A stretch of DNA of 64,000 nucleotides from an uncultured Candidatus Marinamargulisbacteria bacterium (lineage in GTDB: Bacteria > Margulisbacteria > Riflemargulisbacteria > GWF2-35-9). A model generated the notes under the pieces. It searched no databases, had not been told where the DNA came from, and was given only the letters and a program-made list of their open reading frames with translations. Position numbers and translations under genes: made by a program. Every line of letters starts with the position of its first letter. The first letter of the stretch is position 1. The DNA is taken from assembly GCA_903910705.1 (NCBI GenBank), contig CAIWAN010000104.1, positions 2,453-66,452 of the forward strand, read 5' to 3'. This document shows, one piece after another, positions 20,301 to 28,444 of this stretch.

Positions 20301-23300
20301 GGCACCTTTTTATGACGGACTTCCTGTTTCTGAGGGTGGCGATATGACGCGAGATGTATATGTTCAGGTCAGAGATAAAGCAGGTAATCTAACAACAGAA
20401 AGTATGACGATAAGAATTGATATTACCCCTCCTGAGATTCTGACGTTTAATATTCTTAATCAAGCACAAACCGTGGTTACTTGGGCTGAAAATAATGGAG
20501 CGGTCTGGCTCGATCAAAATTATTCTCTTCCTCTTCCATCTTGGTATAACACGTCAAACGTTACAATAGCATGGGTAACACCCTCGGAGAATGGGCAGTT
20601 AACGGATCGCCCCTATCGATATCGAGCGAAGTACGGACAAACATCTTTCTCAGAGTGGGTAAGTGGCGATGTGTTTTCTGCTGATATTCACGTATCAGCT
20701 AATGAAAATTCGCCTAATATAATTTATTTTCAGGCCCTAGATCGGGCAGGGAACTTGGCGGTTATAACTCGTTCGATCAACGTCGATTTCTCGCCCCCAT
20801 CAATGAGTGTTCAATATGTGGCGGTAAGCAACGATGTAATCAGAGAGTTTATCCGACCTTATGTCACAACCGGAGACGTTCTTTGGATAACCTTAAATAG
20901 CCAAGAAGTTCTTATTGTCACACCAACGCTTGTTGTTAATAATGGGGTTTATCCCTACGACTTTGTTGAATTTGTTGCGCTAGAACGAGCGTCCGATTAT
21001 GTCTGGACAGCGAGCATCGACCTAAAAAAGATAAATGGAGCGGATGGGTACTTCCTCTATCGTGACGGATCCTATCAATTGGATGTCAAAGCATATGATA
21101 ATGCAGGGAACAAGACCAATACCCTTAATGGGGATGTGTCTTTTGTTGTGAAAAATGACTCTGCACCACCAGGAGAAAATTTTAGTCTCTATGAGTATAT
21201 TGATCTTACACGTAGTGATACCTATACAAGGCATGAAATGGTCGAATTTTCTGTGACGATCGACTCTAAAATCGCCGAGCTCTATCTAACTGAACGGGCA
21301 GACCTCTCGACTTTTGAGAGAGTTAAGTCGTCACAGTCCTCTTTTCAAAGAATATCTAGGGATGCAGCTAAACTCTATACGTTTCAGCCTGACCTGAATA
21401 CGAATGAAGTTATGGATGGCATGAAAACAGTATTTTTATGGACAGTCCTTGAAAACGGGATCGGCTCCGATGTATCGGTAAGTGCAAGGATCCGATATGA
21501 TCATACGGCACCTTTCGTTAGTATTGAGCCTGATTATATGGCTCTTCAAGGTAGAACAGATGGGGTTTCTCTGTCGATAGGAACGTATCATTGCAGGATG
21601 ACACTAAGTTCAAATATTGTCGGGTATAGAGAGGAGGCGATTGAAACGCCCTCGTGGAAACTGCTTCTTCCTGCCGTAGGTGCAACGTTTATAACGGTTG
21701 ACCTAGTGCCCAGCTTAGAAGATCAATCCGATCGAAGCAAGTGGGTCGCTACGTATAATTCAGCTCTCTCAACGGCCAGTGGAAATGCCATATTCCTCAT
21801 AGCGGTAACCGATAATGCCTTAAACCCTACAAACCAAATAAAAGAAGGGGAACGCTTTAACATTGACTTACAAGCAGCAGGGAATCCTTCTTTTTCGGTA
21901 AGATCATTAGATGGTCGACAAGGGTATACTCGGTTCTTAACGGTGAATATTGAGATTCAGAATGATAGTTCTTCGACGACATACAATTATTATAAAATAA
22001 CGGAGGGCTTGCGTTATCGTCCAAGCTTTGAAGCCGTGAATACCCCCTGGGAAAGTTCGCCAACCATTGTAAGTTTTAGAATTGATGAATCGTTCCCACC
22101 AGATGAAGTTCTTGAAGGAGCGAAAACGATTTATGTCTGGAGTAGAATTAACTTTTACCTCAACCCTGAGATCATCGAAAGGCGTATCACTTATGACAAA
22201 ACCCCCCCCAGCCTCAATATTCTCGTTGCGCCTTATCTAAATAAGGCAGACAGTTCAGTCCCAGAATCCTTAAGAGTCACAATGTCGGTAAGCGAAGAAC
22301 TAGAAACAACAAATAGTCAGCTTCTCTTATTGAAAGATGAGAGCAGAAGTACACTCAGTACCTCTAATTGGGTTTTTGACAAGAAAAGTGGAGGTGTTTA
22401 TACCTATGTATCAACCCTAGATATACTCGGAGCGAACAAGTTTACTAATATATCAATTCAAACGATGCTTAGTGATTGGGCAGGCAATACAACGAACCAC
22501 ACACAGGCTGTTCGCCAATTGCTTTCCATTAAAGAACTTAAAGACGAGGTTCCTTCTGCAGCTTCCTTTGTAGAGCAAGGAAAACCCGACTTTCTGGTGA
22601 TGTCTTGTGTGCTTTCAGCGAATGATTTGGCTATTCACTTGCGGGGAATACGGGTTCAGTCAGCTGGATCATATCAGCCCATCGATTTTAATAATTTCAA
22701 GGTGTTTTTAGATGGGAATAATGATGGGCAATTCAATTATGATTCTGGATATGGGTTTGATTCTCTCAAAGGAATGAGTTCAGGTGGAATTGATCAGACG
22801 GGCATTGTTTCAATTTCATTTCTTAGTGAAGAAATGATCCCAAGCAATTCTTCAAAACGTTTTTTTATTGTTGCTGATGTCAGCGTTGGGGCGGTTCAAC
22901 GGGATACCTTTACGATGAAGTTTTTATCATATAACGCGTTTGAAGTTGCAGATAACGAAATGGTTGACTATGCAAATGCACCCAACGAATTTCGAACAAA
23001 ACAGATTATGATCGTTAAGACGATCAGTGGGGTATATTTGGTTCCGCAAATCGGCTCACAAAGTTCCGCCAACAGGGTCACACAAAATGTAAATCGAGGT
23101 GGATCCAACCAGCTTCTTAATAAGTTTACTCTGTATACAGACAAAGGCGTTGCTCTCTGGAGCGGAATAAAACTCCGATATAGCGGAACCATAGGAACCG
23201 AACACCTTAATCTTTCCTTGTATAAGGATACAAATCTAAATGGCCTTTTTGAACTAGAAGCGGATGGTCAGGTTAGCTATCCCAGTAATCGGTTTGAGGT

Positions 23301-25059
23301 TGGACAGTCAGTAATGACACTCAATCTCAAAGACAATCAGCTTATCAATGCGATCGACTCGGACAAAATGACTTATTTCCTTGTGGGGGATCTCTCGTTG
23401 GATAGCCCCCTATCCACTACGTTTGATCTAGCGATAGTAAGTAGTAATGAAGTGCTTGTTGAGACACCCAATCAAGTAGTTTCGTCTCTACTACCCTATA
23501 GAACGGCTGAATTTAAAGTACAAGATTATGTTTCAAAAATCGTAATGACTGTTGCAAACAACCCCCAACAAGATGTTTTTCAGGGAGATAGTATTATTCT
23601 TCAAAAAATGTTGTTTGATCTCGACTTGGCTAGCGCAGCACAATTTACCTATATTGATTATTATTTTGATGGGACGGCCCTGATTGCGGACTTTTTGGCT
23701 GATGGTAATGATTCAGGGATTGCTCTGTATGGGTTATCTTCAAATATGACCCTGACTCAAGATTTCGAAAGAGATGTATTGCTCGGGGCAACAAAGATTG
23801 AGGCAACCAATAGTTGGTCAGATGGAAATCATCGCCTTAGGATTAATTTCTTGACGGAACAACCCCTTGTAACTCACAACTTATTTGCCCTAGTGGTTAC
23901 GCTAAATGGCGGGTCAACACCCGGCCGGCAATTTAGTTTTACCTCCCATCTCGAAGTGGTTAGTCAAAATCCCTATATAGGTGTTGTAGGTGCCGTCGCA
24001 AATAAGGATCAAACCTTTTCTACGAATACCGTAGAGATTATTAGTGAGTTTAATCCAAGTCAACCCAAGGTTAGCATGAACTATTATAATCGTTTCCCCA
24101 CAAAACTACCTCTTTCGTTTGATACATACACAAAATATGGATTCATAAATCGCACATCCCTTCATGTTAATGATGTTGTTGGCTATAGCTATTTAATAGG
24201 AACCATTCCGGGGCTAGGCGATGTAGCTTCTGAGCCAAAAGTTGATCTGATCGAGCCGTCCCCTATTAAAGTGGATGTTCAGGCAGACATACAAAATATT
24301 AGCCTATTGCCGGATCAACTTTACTATTTAACGTTACGGTCGATCGCAACTCGATCGGATAATTCAGGAACGTTATATTCTAAGCCTGTGGTCATTCCTT
24401 TTATGACAGACTTTTCTCCACCGCACCTCCCCAATTACCCGATAGATGTTCAAATTGATGGGACAAAACATTTGTTAAGCTGGGAAGATTTTTCTGACCC
24501 TGTCTCGGGAATAAAACGTTTTTATATAGAAGAAAAGAGTAACTATATTCCCTCGTGGAACCTAATAACCGTTTTGCCGCCAGTGAGCGATCCTATGCAA
24601 CCTAAAATTAGCGAGAGATATTATTCTACTCAGTCCAGAAAACCAAACATGTCCTATACCTATCGTGTTAAAGCCGAGAATCAAGCGGGGTTGATGAGCG
24701 ACTATATTTACTCAACGCCCCTTACAACCGCGGATACAGATAAAGTTCTCAGTAGTGTTAGTAACTACCCCAATCCTTTTAATTCAAGAAAGGAAAAAAC
24801 CACATTATTTTATTATTTGAATCAAGATACAGGTATCGAGGTGCGAATCTACGATTCAATAGGTCATTTTGTGCGAAAATTTAACTATACAGCTGGAATA
24901 ATTGGCAAGACGGTAAAGGGTGATTGTACAATGGAGTGGGATGGCAAGAATGAGCAGGGTGAATATGTTGCAAAGGGTGGATATTTTGTTGTTATTGAGG
25001 CGCCAGACACAAAGGGTGAGGATAAAAAAATTGTTCGTATGGTTGGGGTGATCCACTAA
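17329..25059 (+). CDS. giant (2576 aa) repetitive cell-surface protein with T9SS/FlgD-Ig-type C-terminal sorting domain
   Basis: N-terminal signal-like MRKSSCHFRVRFFALVVGILPFAF. At least 11 repeats of roughly 115 aa bounded by DRAGN...V(D/N)x(T/S)(P/A)P junctions (DNMPPT, DVTPPS, DNTPPT, DVEAPTG, DMTSPG, DITPPE, DFSPPS, DHTAPF, DKTPPS, FSPPHLP), each with a GWY...W...PY core. The last roughly 90 aa (NYPNPFNSRKEKTTLFYY...IYDSIGHFV...EWDGKNEQGEYVAKGGYFVVIEA) match the Por secretion tail / FlgD Ig-like family. Confidence 0.7.
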   Translation: MRKSSCHFRVRFFALVVGILPFAFTTITDLSFFSGGTQTQYVHVMQNQSIGFKDSANQVTINLSDEIQFKLNYSTKQYTVLKGSDWFDGNPTITWNNLAEISINYRLKWTNPFAQNMPILVTINDNEASITTSILTYNQEFVLTALTLNADQQFFVQDANGPWIKGGIGSGEGVVCLGNLAYKYDTTLHPLKDVSMCLYFDGVPDGSQVNVGTDGKFQFNNFLVPISATGVSKNCEIRVDLAGAIGSAILSSTVIPNTFNVQIDNMPPTWTETSLILVSDNNYESQGRLKPDDGYYGQLTVSVKVDKFNLVTDNAGAGVSTILSFRAEQVTVEGLDVTTSIQTREGVRDIQVLIFDKVHNSASLSVRVSVDVTPPSLFSVYLGQDNDTTINQTLPAVGWFNDETVSFSWTTPADFSLREWPYQVKNDPSPNWSAEQEGILSDNMFQLTRNTNQLYIEAGGNLAKTIKVRAVDRAGNIREASTTVFVDNTPPTLNVFRLKPDLTLEADSLELPEATPNIWYNNGDEVNWTWSAEDNGELPQKPYAYYYNKGNQNVLTSDFTNLSDIIIPSDEAPTGNMLTLLIRDKAGNVAISTKNVFVSETAPIMSYKDILFLSDMTDNGGDGVLAESLWYDQTTLDFVTTVNLQSFSAPLSKIYFKRSIDSTKNILDISTVQTITISSFEIISNSRTDITFEFVDRAGRGSQVFKNVESTTIVPINLNAVLVSDKDSSLQQDGIDPEPGYYDSPTISITWQKPNYWGRLRDQPYSTNINGEGWGTEFGTEGLQLSLTPNHAFSLIIRAADRAGNVVTNQLFVTVDVEAPTGSFEFIISEDVPHNGGVTPDIGWYSNHWIKGQFLSENVTDFFGLREARYFVKNLEVPYGQGSSSSLNVETFSNERGSVINYVSGAIADHAGNIISLQKPVYVDMTSPGAFSTEILPDATDNGSDGFFPEVGWYDEEAVNVKWMHSNDDAQLAEKPYRLSSTMRDWTPFQLAPFYDGLPVSEGGDMTRDVYVQVRDKAGNLTTESMTIRIDITPPEILTFNILNQAQTVVTWAENNGAVWLDQNYSLPLPSWYNTSNVTIAWVTPSENGQLTDRPYRYRAKYGQTSFSEWVSGDVFSADIHVSANENSPNIIYFQALDRAGNLAVITRSINVDFSPPSMSVQYVAVSNDVIREFIRPYVTTGDVLWITLNSQEVLIVTPTLVVNNGVYPYDFVEFVALERASDYVWTASIDLKKINGADGYFLYRDGSYQLDVKAYDNAGNKTNTLNGDVSFVVKNDSAPPGENFSLYEYIDLTRSDTYTRHEMVEFSVTIDSKIAELYLTERADLSTFERVKSSQSSFQRISRDAAKLYTFQPDLNTNEVMDGMKTVFLWTVLENGIGSDVSVSARIRYDHTAPFVSIEPDYMALQGRTDGVSLSIGTYHCRMTLSSNIVGYREEAIETPSWKLLLPAVGATFITVDLVPSLEDQSDRSKWVATYNSALSTASGNAIFLIAVTDNALNPTNQIKEGERFNIDLQAAGNPSFSVRSLDGRQGYTRFLTVNIEIQNDSSSTTYNYYKITEGLRYRPSFEAVNTPWESSPTIVSFRIDESFPPDEVLEGAKTIYVWSRINFYLNPEIIERRITYDKTPPSLNILVAPYLNKADSSVPESLRVTMSVSEELETTNSQLLLLKDESRSTLSTSNWVFDKKSGGVYTYVSTLDILGANKFTNISIQTMLSDWAGNTTNHTQAVRQLLSIKELKDEVPSAASFVEQGKPDFLVMSCVLSANDLAIHLRGIRVQSAGSYQPIDFNNFKVFLDGNNDGQFNYDSGYGFDSLKGMSSGGIDQTGIVSISFLSEEMIPSNSSKRFFIVADVSVGAVQRDTFTMKFLSYNAFEVADNEMVDYANAPNEFRTKQIMIVKTISGVYLVPQIGSQSSANRVTQNVNRGGSNQLLNKFTLYTDKGVALWSGIKLRYSGTIGTEHLNLSLYKDTNLNGLFELEADGQVSYPSNRFEVGQSVMTLNLKDNQLINAIDSDKMTYFLVGDLSLDSPLSTTFDLAIVSSNEVLVETPNQVVSSLLPYRTAEFKVQDYVSKIVMTVANNPQQDVFQGDSIILQKMLFDLDLASAAQFTYIDYYFDGTALIADFLADGNDSGIALYGLSSNMTLTQDFERDVLLGATKIEATNSWSDGNHRLRINFLTEQPLVTHNLFALVVTLNGGSTPGRQFSFTSHLEVVSQNPYIGVVGAVANKDQTFSTNTVEIISEFNPSQPKVSMNYYNRFPTKLPLSFDTYTKYGFINRTSLHVNDVVGYSYLIGTIPGLGDVASEPKVDLIEPSPIKVDVQADIQNISLLPDQLYYLTLRSIATRSDNSGTLYSKPVVIPFMTDFSPPHLPNYPIDVQIDGTKHLLSWEDFSDPVSGIKRFYIEEKSNYIPSWNLITVLPPVSDPMQPKISERYYSTQSRKPNMSYTYRVKAENQAGLMSDYIYSTPLTTADTDKVLSSVSNYPNPFNSRKEKTTLFYYLNQDTGIEVRIYDSIGHFVRKFNYTAGIIGKTVKGDCTMEWDGKNEQGEYVAKGGYFVVIEAPDTKGEDKKIVRMVGVIH

Positions 25060-26604
25060 ATGAAGCCGATCTACATCACAACCCCCATTTATTACGTAAA
25101 CGATGTTCCACACATTGGGCATAGCTATACGACCATTTTGGCGGATATTTTATCTCGATATTATAAAATGACGGGTCATAACGTGTTTTTTCTTACGGGG
25201 ACGGATGAGCATGGCCAAAAGATTGAAAAAGCAGCTGAAGCAAAGGGGTTAAGTCCGCAAGAGCTCGTGGATCAAGTGGTTCTTCGATTTAGAGCGCTCT
25301 GGGATGTGCTAAATATCAGCTGCGACCGATTTATTCGAACAACCGACCCAGATCATAAAAAGGTCGTTCAAGATGTGTTTAAGCGAGTTTTCGACAAAGG
25401 ATATATTTATCTGGGTGAATACGCTGGATTATATTGTCGACCCTGTGAAACGTATTATACCGAAACACAGGCTGAGAATGGGCTTTGTCCTGAGTGCAAA
25501 CGTGAACTGACATTGCTTAAAGAAGAAGCATTCTTTTTTAGACTCTCCGCGTTTGAGAGCAATCTCCTCGAATATGTCGAGAAGTCTCCCGAATTTGTGC
25601 TTCCCTTAACACGTCGAAATGAGGTGATGAGTTTTATTCGAAGTGGCTTAAATGATCTTTGTATTACGCGCTCTGCCATTAACTGGGGAATAGAAATTCC
25701 AGAAATTGGTGTCGTGACTAAACAGAAACATTATATCTACGTTTGGTTTGATGCGTTGTTGAATTATTTGAGCGGAATTAAATATGGTCAAGACCCTGAA
25801 TTCTTTCGTCAATATTGGCCCGCAACTATCCAACTTCTTGGAAAGGATATCCTAAAATTTCATGCGGTTATTTGGCCTGCAATGTTGATGGCGCTTGATC
25901 TCCCCCTTCCTGAACATGTTTTTGGACATGGATTCATCTATCAAAGTGGCGAGAAAATGTCAAAGTCTAAGGGCAATGTTCTTGATCCCTATGTCCTGAT
26001 TGAGTCGTATGGAGCAGATGCTTTTCGATATTTTTTAGCCAGAGAAGTGGTTATGGGACTAGATGGTTCCTATAGTGATGAGAACATGAAGCAACGCTTT
26101 AATAGTGACTTAGCAAATGATTGGGGTAATCTTATCAATCGTACACTCAACATGATGAAACAATATTTTGATGGAGTTGTTCCTCAAACTGAAATGGTGT
26201 TCGGATTTGATGAATCGGCGGATGGATTACGATCAACCGCCGTTCTCTTGTTTGATAAGATTAAAGAGTTAATGGGTGAGTTTAAGTTGTCACACGTCCT
26301 TGAAGAGATCTTCTTGGTCATTAGGCAGTCTAATAAATATATCGAAGATCAAGCCCCATGGGTACTTGCCAAAAAAGGTGATATTGATCGGCTAGGGTAT
26401 GTAATGATTCAAGTTCTTGAGGCTATTCGCCTTGTTTCTCTGTTTTTGTTCCCCTTTATGCCCTCAACGGTCGAACGAGTTTATAAACAACTTCAGATCT
26501 CAGTTGATTTTACTCACGTAGACCCTTTGTTCTTTGATTGGGATTACTTCAAACCGAGCATGAGCTTGGGTGAGCCGGAGCCGCTGTTTCCCCGAAAAAT
26601 ATGA
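25060..26604 (+). CDS. metG: methionyl-tRNA synthetase (short form without C-terminal tRNA-binding extension)
   Basis: HIGH motif PHIGHSYTTILADIL. Zn knuckle CRPCETYYTE...CPECK. KMSKS motif. 514 aa. Confidence 0.9.
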   Translation: MKPIYITTPIYYVNDVPHIGHSYTTILADILSRYYKMTGHNVFFLTGTDEHGQKIEKAAEAKGLSPQELVDQVVLRFRALWDVLNISCDRFIRTTDPDHKKVVQDVFKRVFDKGYIYLGEYAGLYCRPCETYYTETQAENGLCPECKRELTLLKEEAFFFRLSAFESNLLEYVEKSPEFVLPLTRRNEVMSFIRSGLNDLCITRSAINWGIEIPEIGVVTKQKHYIYVWFDALLNYLSGIKYGQDPEFFRQYWPATIQLLGKDILKFHAVIWPAMLMALDLPLPEHVFGHGFIYQSGEKMSKSKGNVLDPYVLIESYGADAFRYFLAREVVMGLDGSYSDENMKQRFNSDLANDWGNLINRTLNMMKQYFDGVVPQTEMVFGFDESADGLRSTAVLLFDKIKELMGEFKLSHVLEEIFLVIRQSNKYIEDQAPWVLAKKGDIDRLGYVMIQVLEAIRLVSLFLFPFMPSTVERVYKQLQISVDFTHVDPLFFDWDYFKPSMSLGEPEPLFPRKI

Positions 26605-27362
26605 GGTGGTGGGATACCCATTGTCATGTAACGGATGCTCGTTTTGAGGATGTTTACTCATTACTAGCTCAATCGAAAGCGGCGGGGGTAGGGACGGTTA
26701 TTGTGCCCTCTACAGACCTAGAAGATGCAAAAAAGGCGTTAGTTTTAAGTGAATCACATAACCTTTATTTTGCTGCAGGCGTTCATCCCCATGAGGCAAC
26801 AATCCTTTCATCGGAGACACTCGACGGTTTTGATCGGATTCTTTCACATCAACAATGCGTGGCCGTGGGTGAGATCGGCTTAGATTATCATTATGAGGGG
26901 ATCGAGAAAGCGACACAGAAGAAAGTATTAATCCAAATGATGGAGCTTGCTGTTTTAAAGAGGTTACCGGTGATTCTACATACACGAGACGCCGAGGCAG
27001 ATGTTTTCGCCACAGCGACTGAATTTCCTTTGGTCGGAGGGGTCTGCCACTCCTATACCGGCGAGGTTTCCTTGCTTCGAAAGTATTTGGATGCGGGTTA
27101 TGACGTTTCATTTAATGGGATGCTGACGTTTAAAGGGAGCGAGAATATTCGTGAGCTTGCTCGGTTCGCACCTCTTGACCGTATTGTGCTGGAGACGGAT
27201 GCGCCGTATTTGGCGCCGACTCCCCATAGAGGTAAGATGAATGAGCCGGCCAATATCCCGTTGATCGCAAAGAGTCTGGCTGAGATCAAATCAATCCCTC
27301 TTGACACTATCGCTAGCCAAACGTCTCATAATGCAGCCCGTCTTTTTTCAAAAGTCCGATGA
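26601..27362 (+). CDS. tatD: TatD-family metal-dependent hydrolase/DNase
   Basis: WWDTHCHV start, VGEIGLDYHYE motif and TatD metal ligands. 4-nt overlap with metG. Confidence 0.85.
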   Translation: MRWWDTHCHVTDARFEDVYSLLAQSKAAGVGTVIVPSTDLEDAKKALVLSESHNLYFAAGVHPHEATILSSETLDGFDRILSHQQCVAVGEIGLDYHYEGIEKATQKKVLIQMMELAVLKRLPVILHTRDAEADVFATATEFPLVGGVCHSYTGEVSLLRKYLDAGYDVSFNGMLTFKGSENIRELARFAPLDRIVLETDAPYLAPTPHRGKMNEPANIPLIAKSLAEIKSIPLDTIASQTSHNAARLFSKVR

Positions 27363-28444
27363 ATACGGTCATTCTTTTTCATCCAAAAAAAGGACTTTTC
27401 TTTGCGGCGATGACGCCACAGCAGATGGAGCGATGGCAACACTTTAAAGGGTTTGTCCTTTTTTCTTGGGAATATCGGCAACCCAATGCGGATGACCTGA
27501 TATCGTTTCTTCAGTATCTCTCTGTCAGCCTTTTAGGAAATCCAGATTGGTCACGTTTGATCAACGATTTTGTTAAGACCCATCAGGGGATTCAATTTCG
27601 AAGGCTACTCCGAGACGTAAGCACTGGGCTTCAGCAAGGCGTGTCTTTTGACAATGCGTTACGACAATTTCTGCCCCCTCAGTTGATCACAGCCGTTCTT
27701 TCAGCCCAGAAAAGGGGGCAATTATCTGAGGAGATCTCAACGATTATTGAGCACTATCGAAAAGAGACCGAGGAATACGCTAAGCGTAGATCTAAGCAAG
27801 TTTACCCGTTAACACTGGCTCTAGGCCTCGTTGGGCTTATCGCTTTGGTGGATGTTCAATTTGTTCCTGTATTGCGATCCCTTTTTGATAGCTATGGACT
27901 AAAGCCACCGTTTATCTTGAGTTTATTTAATCTTAAGGTACAGCTTGGGATGATTGGTGTATTGTTTGGACTAGGCGTGATGGCTCGTTGGGTTTATCAA
28001 CGATTGTCCTTTCATCAAAAAGCCCTTGTCCCGATACTGGGGACCATATCGATCCTTCAGCTTCATCAACATCTTCTCGATGCGTATCAAGAGTCTTTGA
28101 TTCGTGAATGCTCCTACGATTTAGTATTAGAGGAGCGGGTCGCGTCGGAAAGAAACTCCTTTATCAAGTTTGGTTTAAGCACCATTTCGGGGCGACTGAA
28201 GCAAGGGAAATCCCTTTCCTTGGCGATCAAAGATATTCCATCGATACGTGGATGGGTGGGTGGATGGGTTCGGGGTGGCTCTTTGAGTGCCTATCAACAG
28301 CAACTTCGACAAAAGGAAGCAGCGTTGCGAGATCGCCTTCAGGCCCTCCTTGTCGCGACCTTAATTGCCCTCGTCTCGCTCGTAATCACCGGTTTAGGGT
28401 TTCTAATTACGCTGCCGCTTCAATATGCGGATAAGCTGATCTAA
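27359..28444 (+). CDS. polytopic inner-membrane protein, divergent GspF/PilC (T2SS-F/T4P platform)-like
   Basis: 361 aa. N-terminal cytoplasmic segment with a T2SSF-like motif LLRDVSTGLQQGVSFDNALRQFLPPQLITAVLSAQKRGQLSEEIS, followed by TM helices. A second, weaker repeat (LSTISGRLKQGKSLSLAIKDIP) precedes the last TM. The assignment rests on architecture, not on strong sequence identity. Confidence 0.35.
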   Translation: MNTVILFHPKKGLFFAAMTPQQMERWQHFKGFVLFSWEYRQPNADDLISFLQYLSVSLLGNPDWSRLINDFVKTHQGIQFRRLLRDVSTGLQQGVSFDNALRQFLPPQLITAVLSAQKRGQLSEEISTIIEHYRKETEEYAKRRSKQVYPLTLALGLVGLIALVDVQFVPVLRSLFDSYGLKPPFILSLFNLKVQLGMIGVLFGLGVMARWVYQRLSFHQKALVPILGTISILQLHQHLLDAYQESLIRECSYDLVLEERVASERNSFIKFGLSTISGRLKQGKSLSLAIKDIPSIRGWVGGWVRGGSLSAYQQQLRQKEAALRDRLQALLVATLIALVSLVITGLGFLITLPLQYADKLI

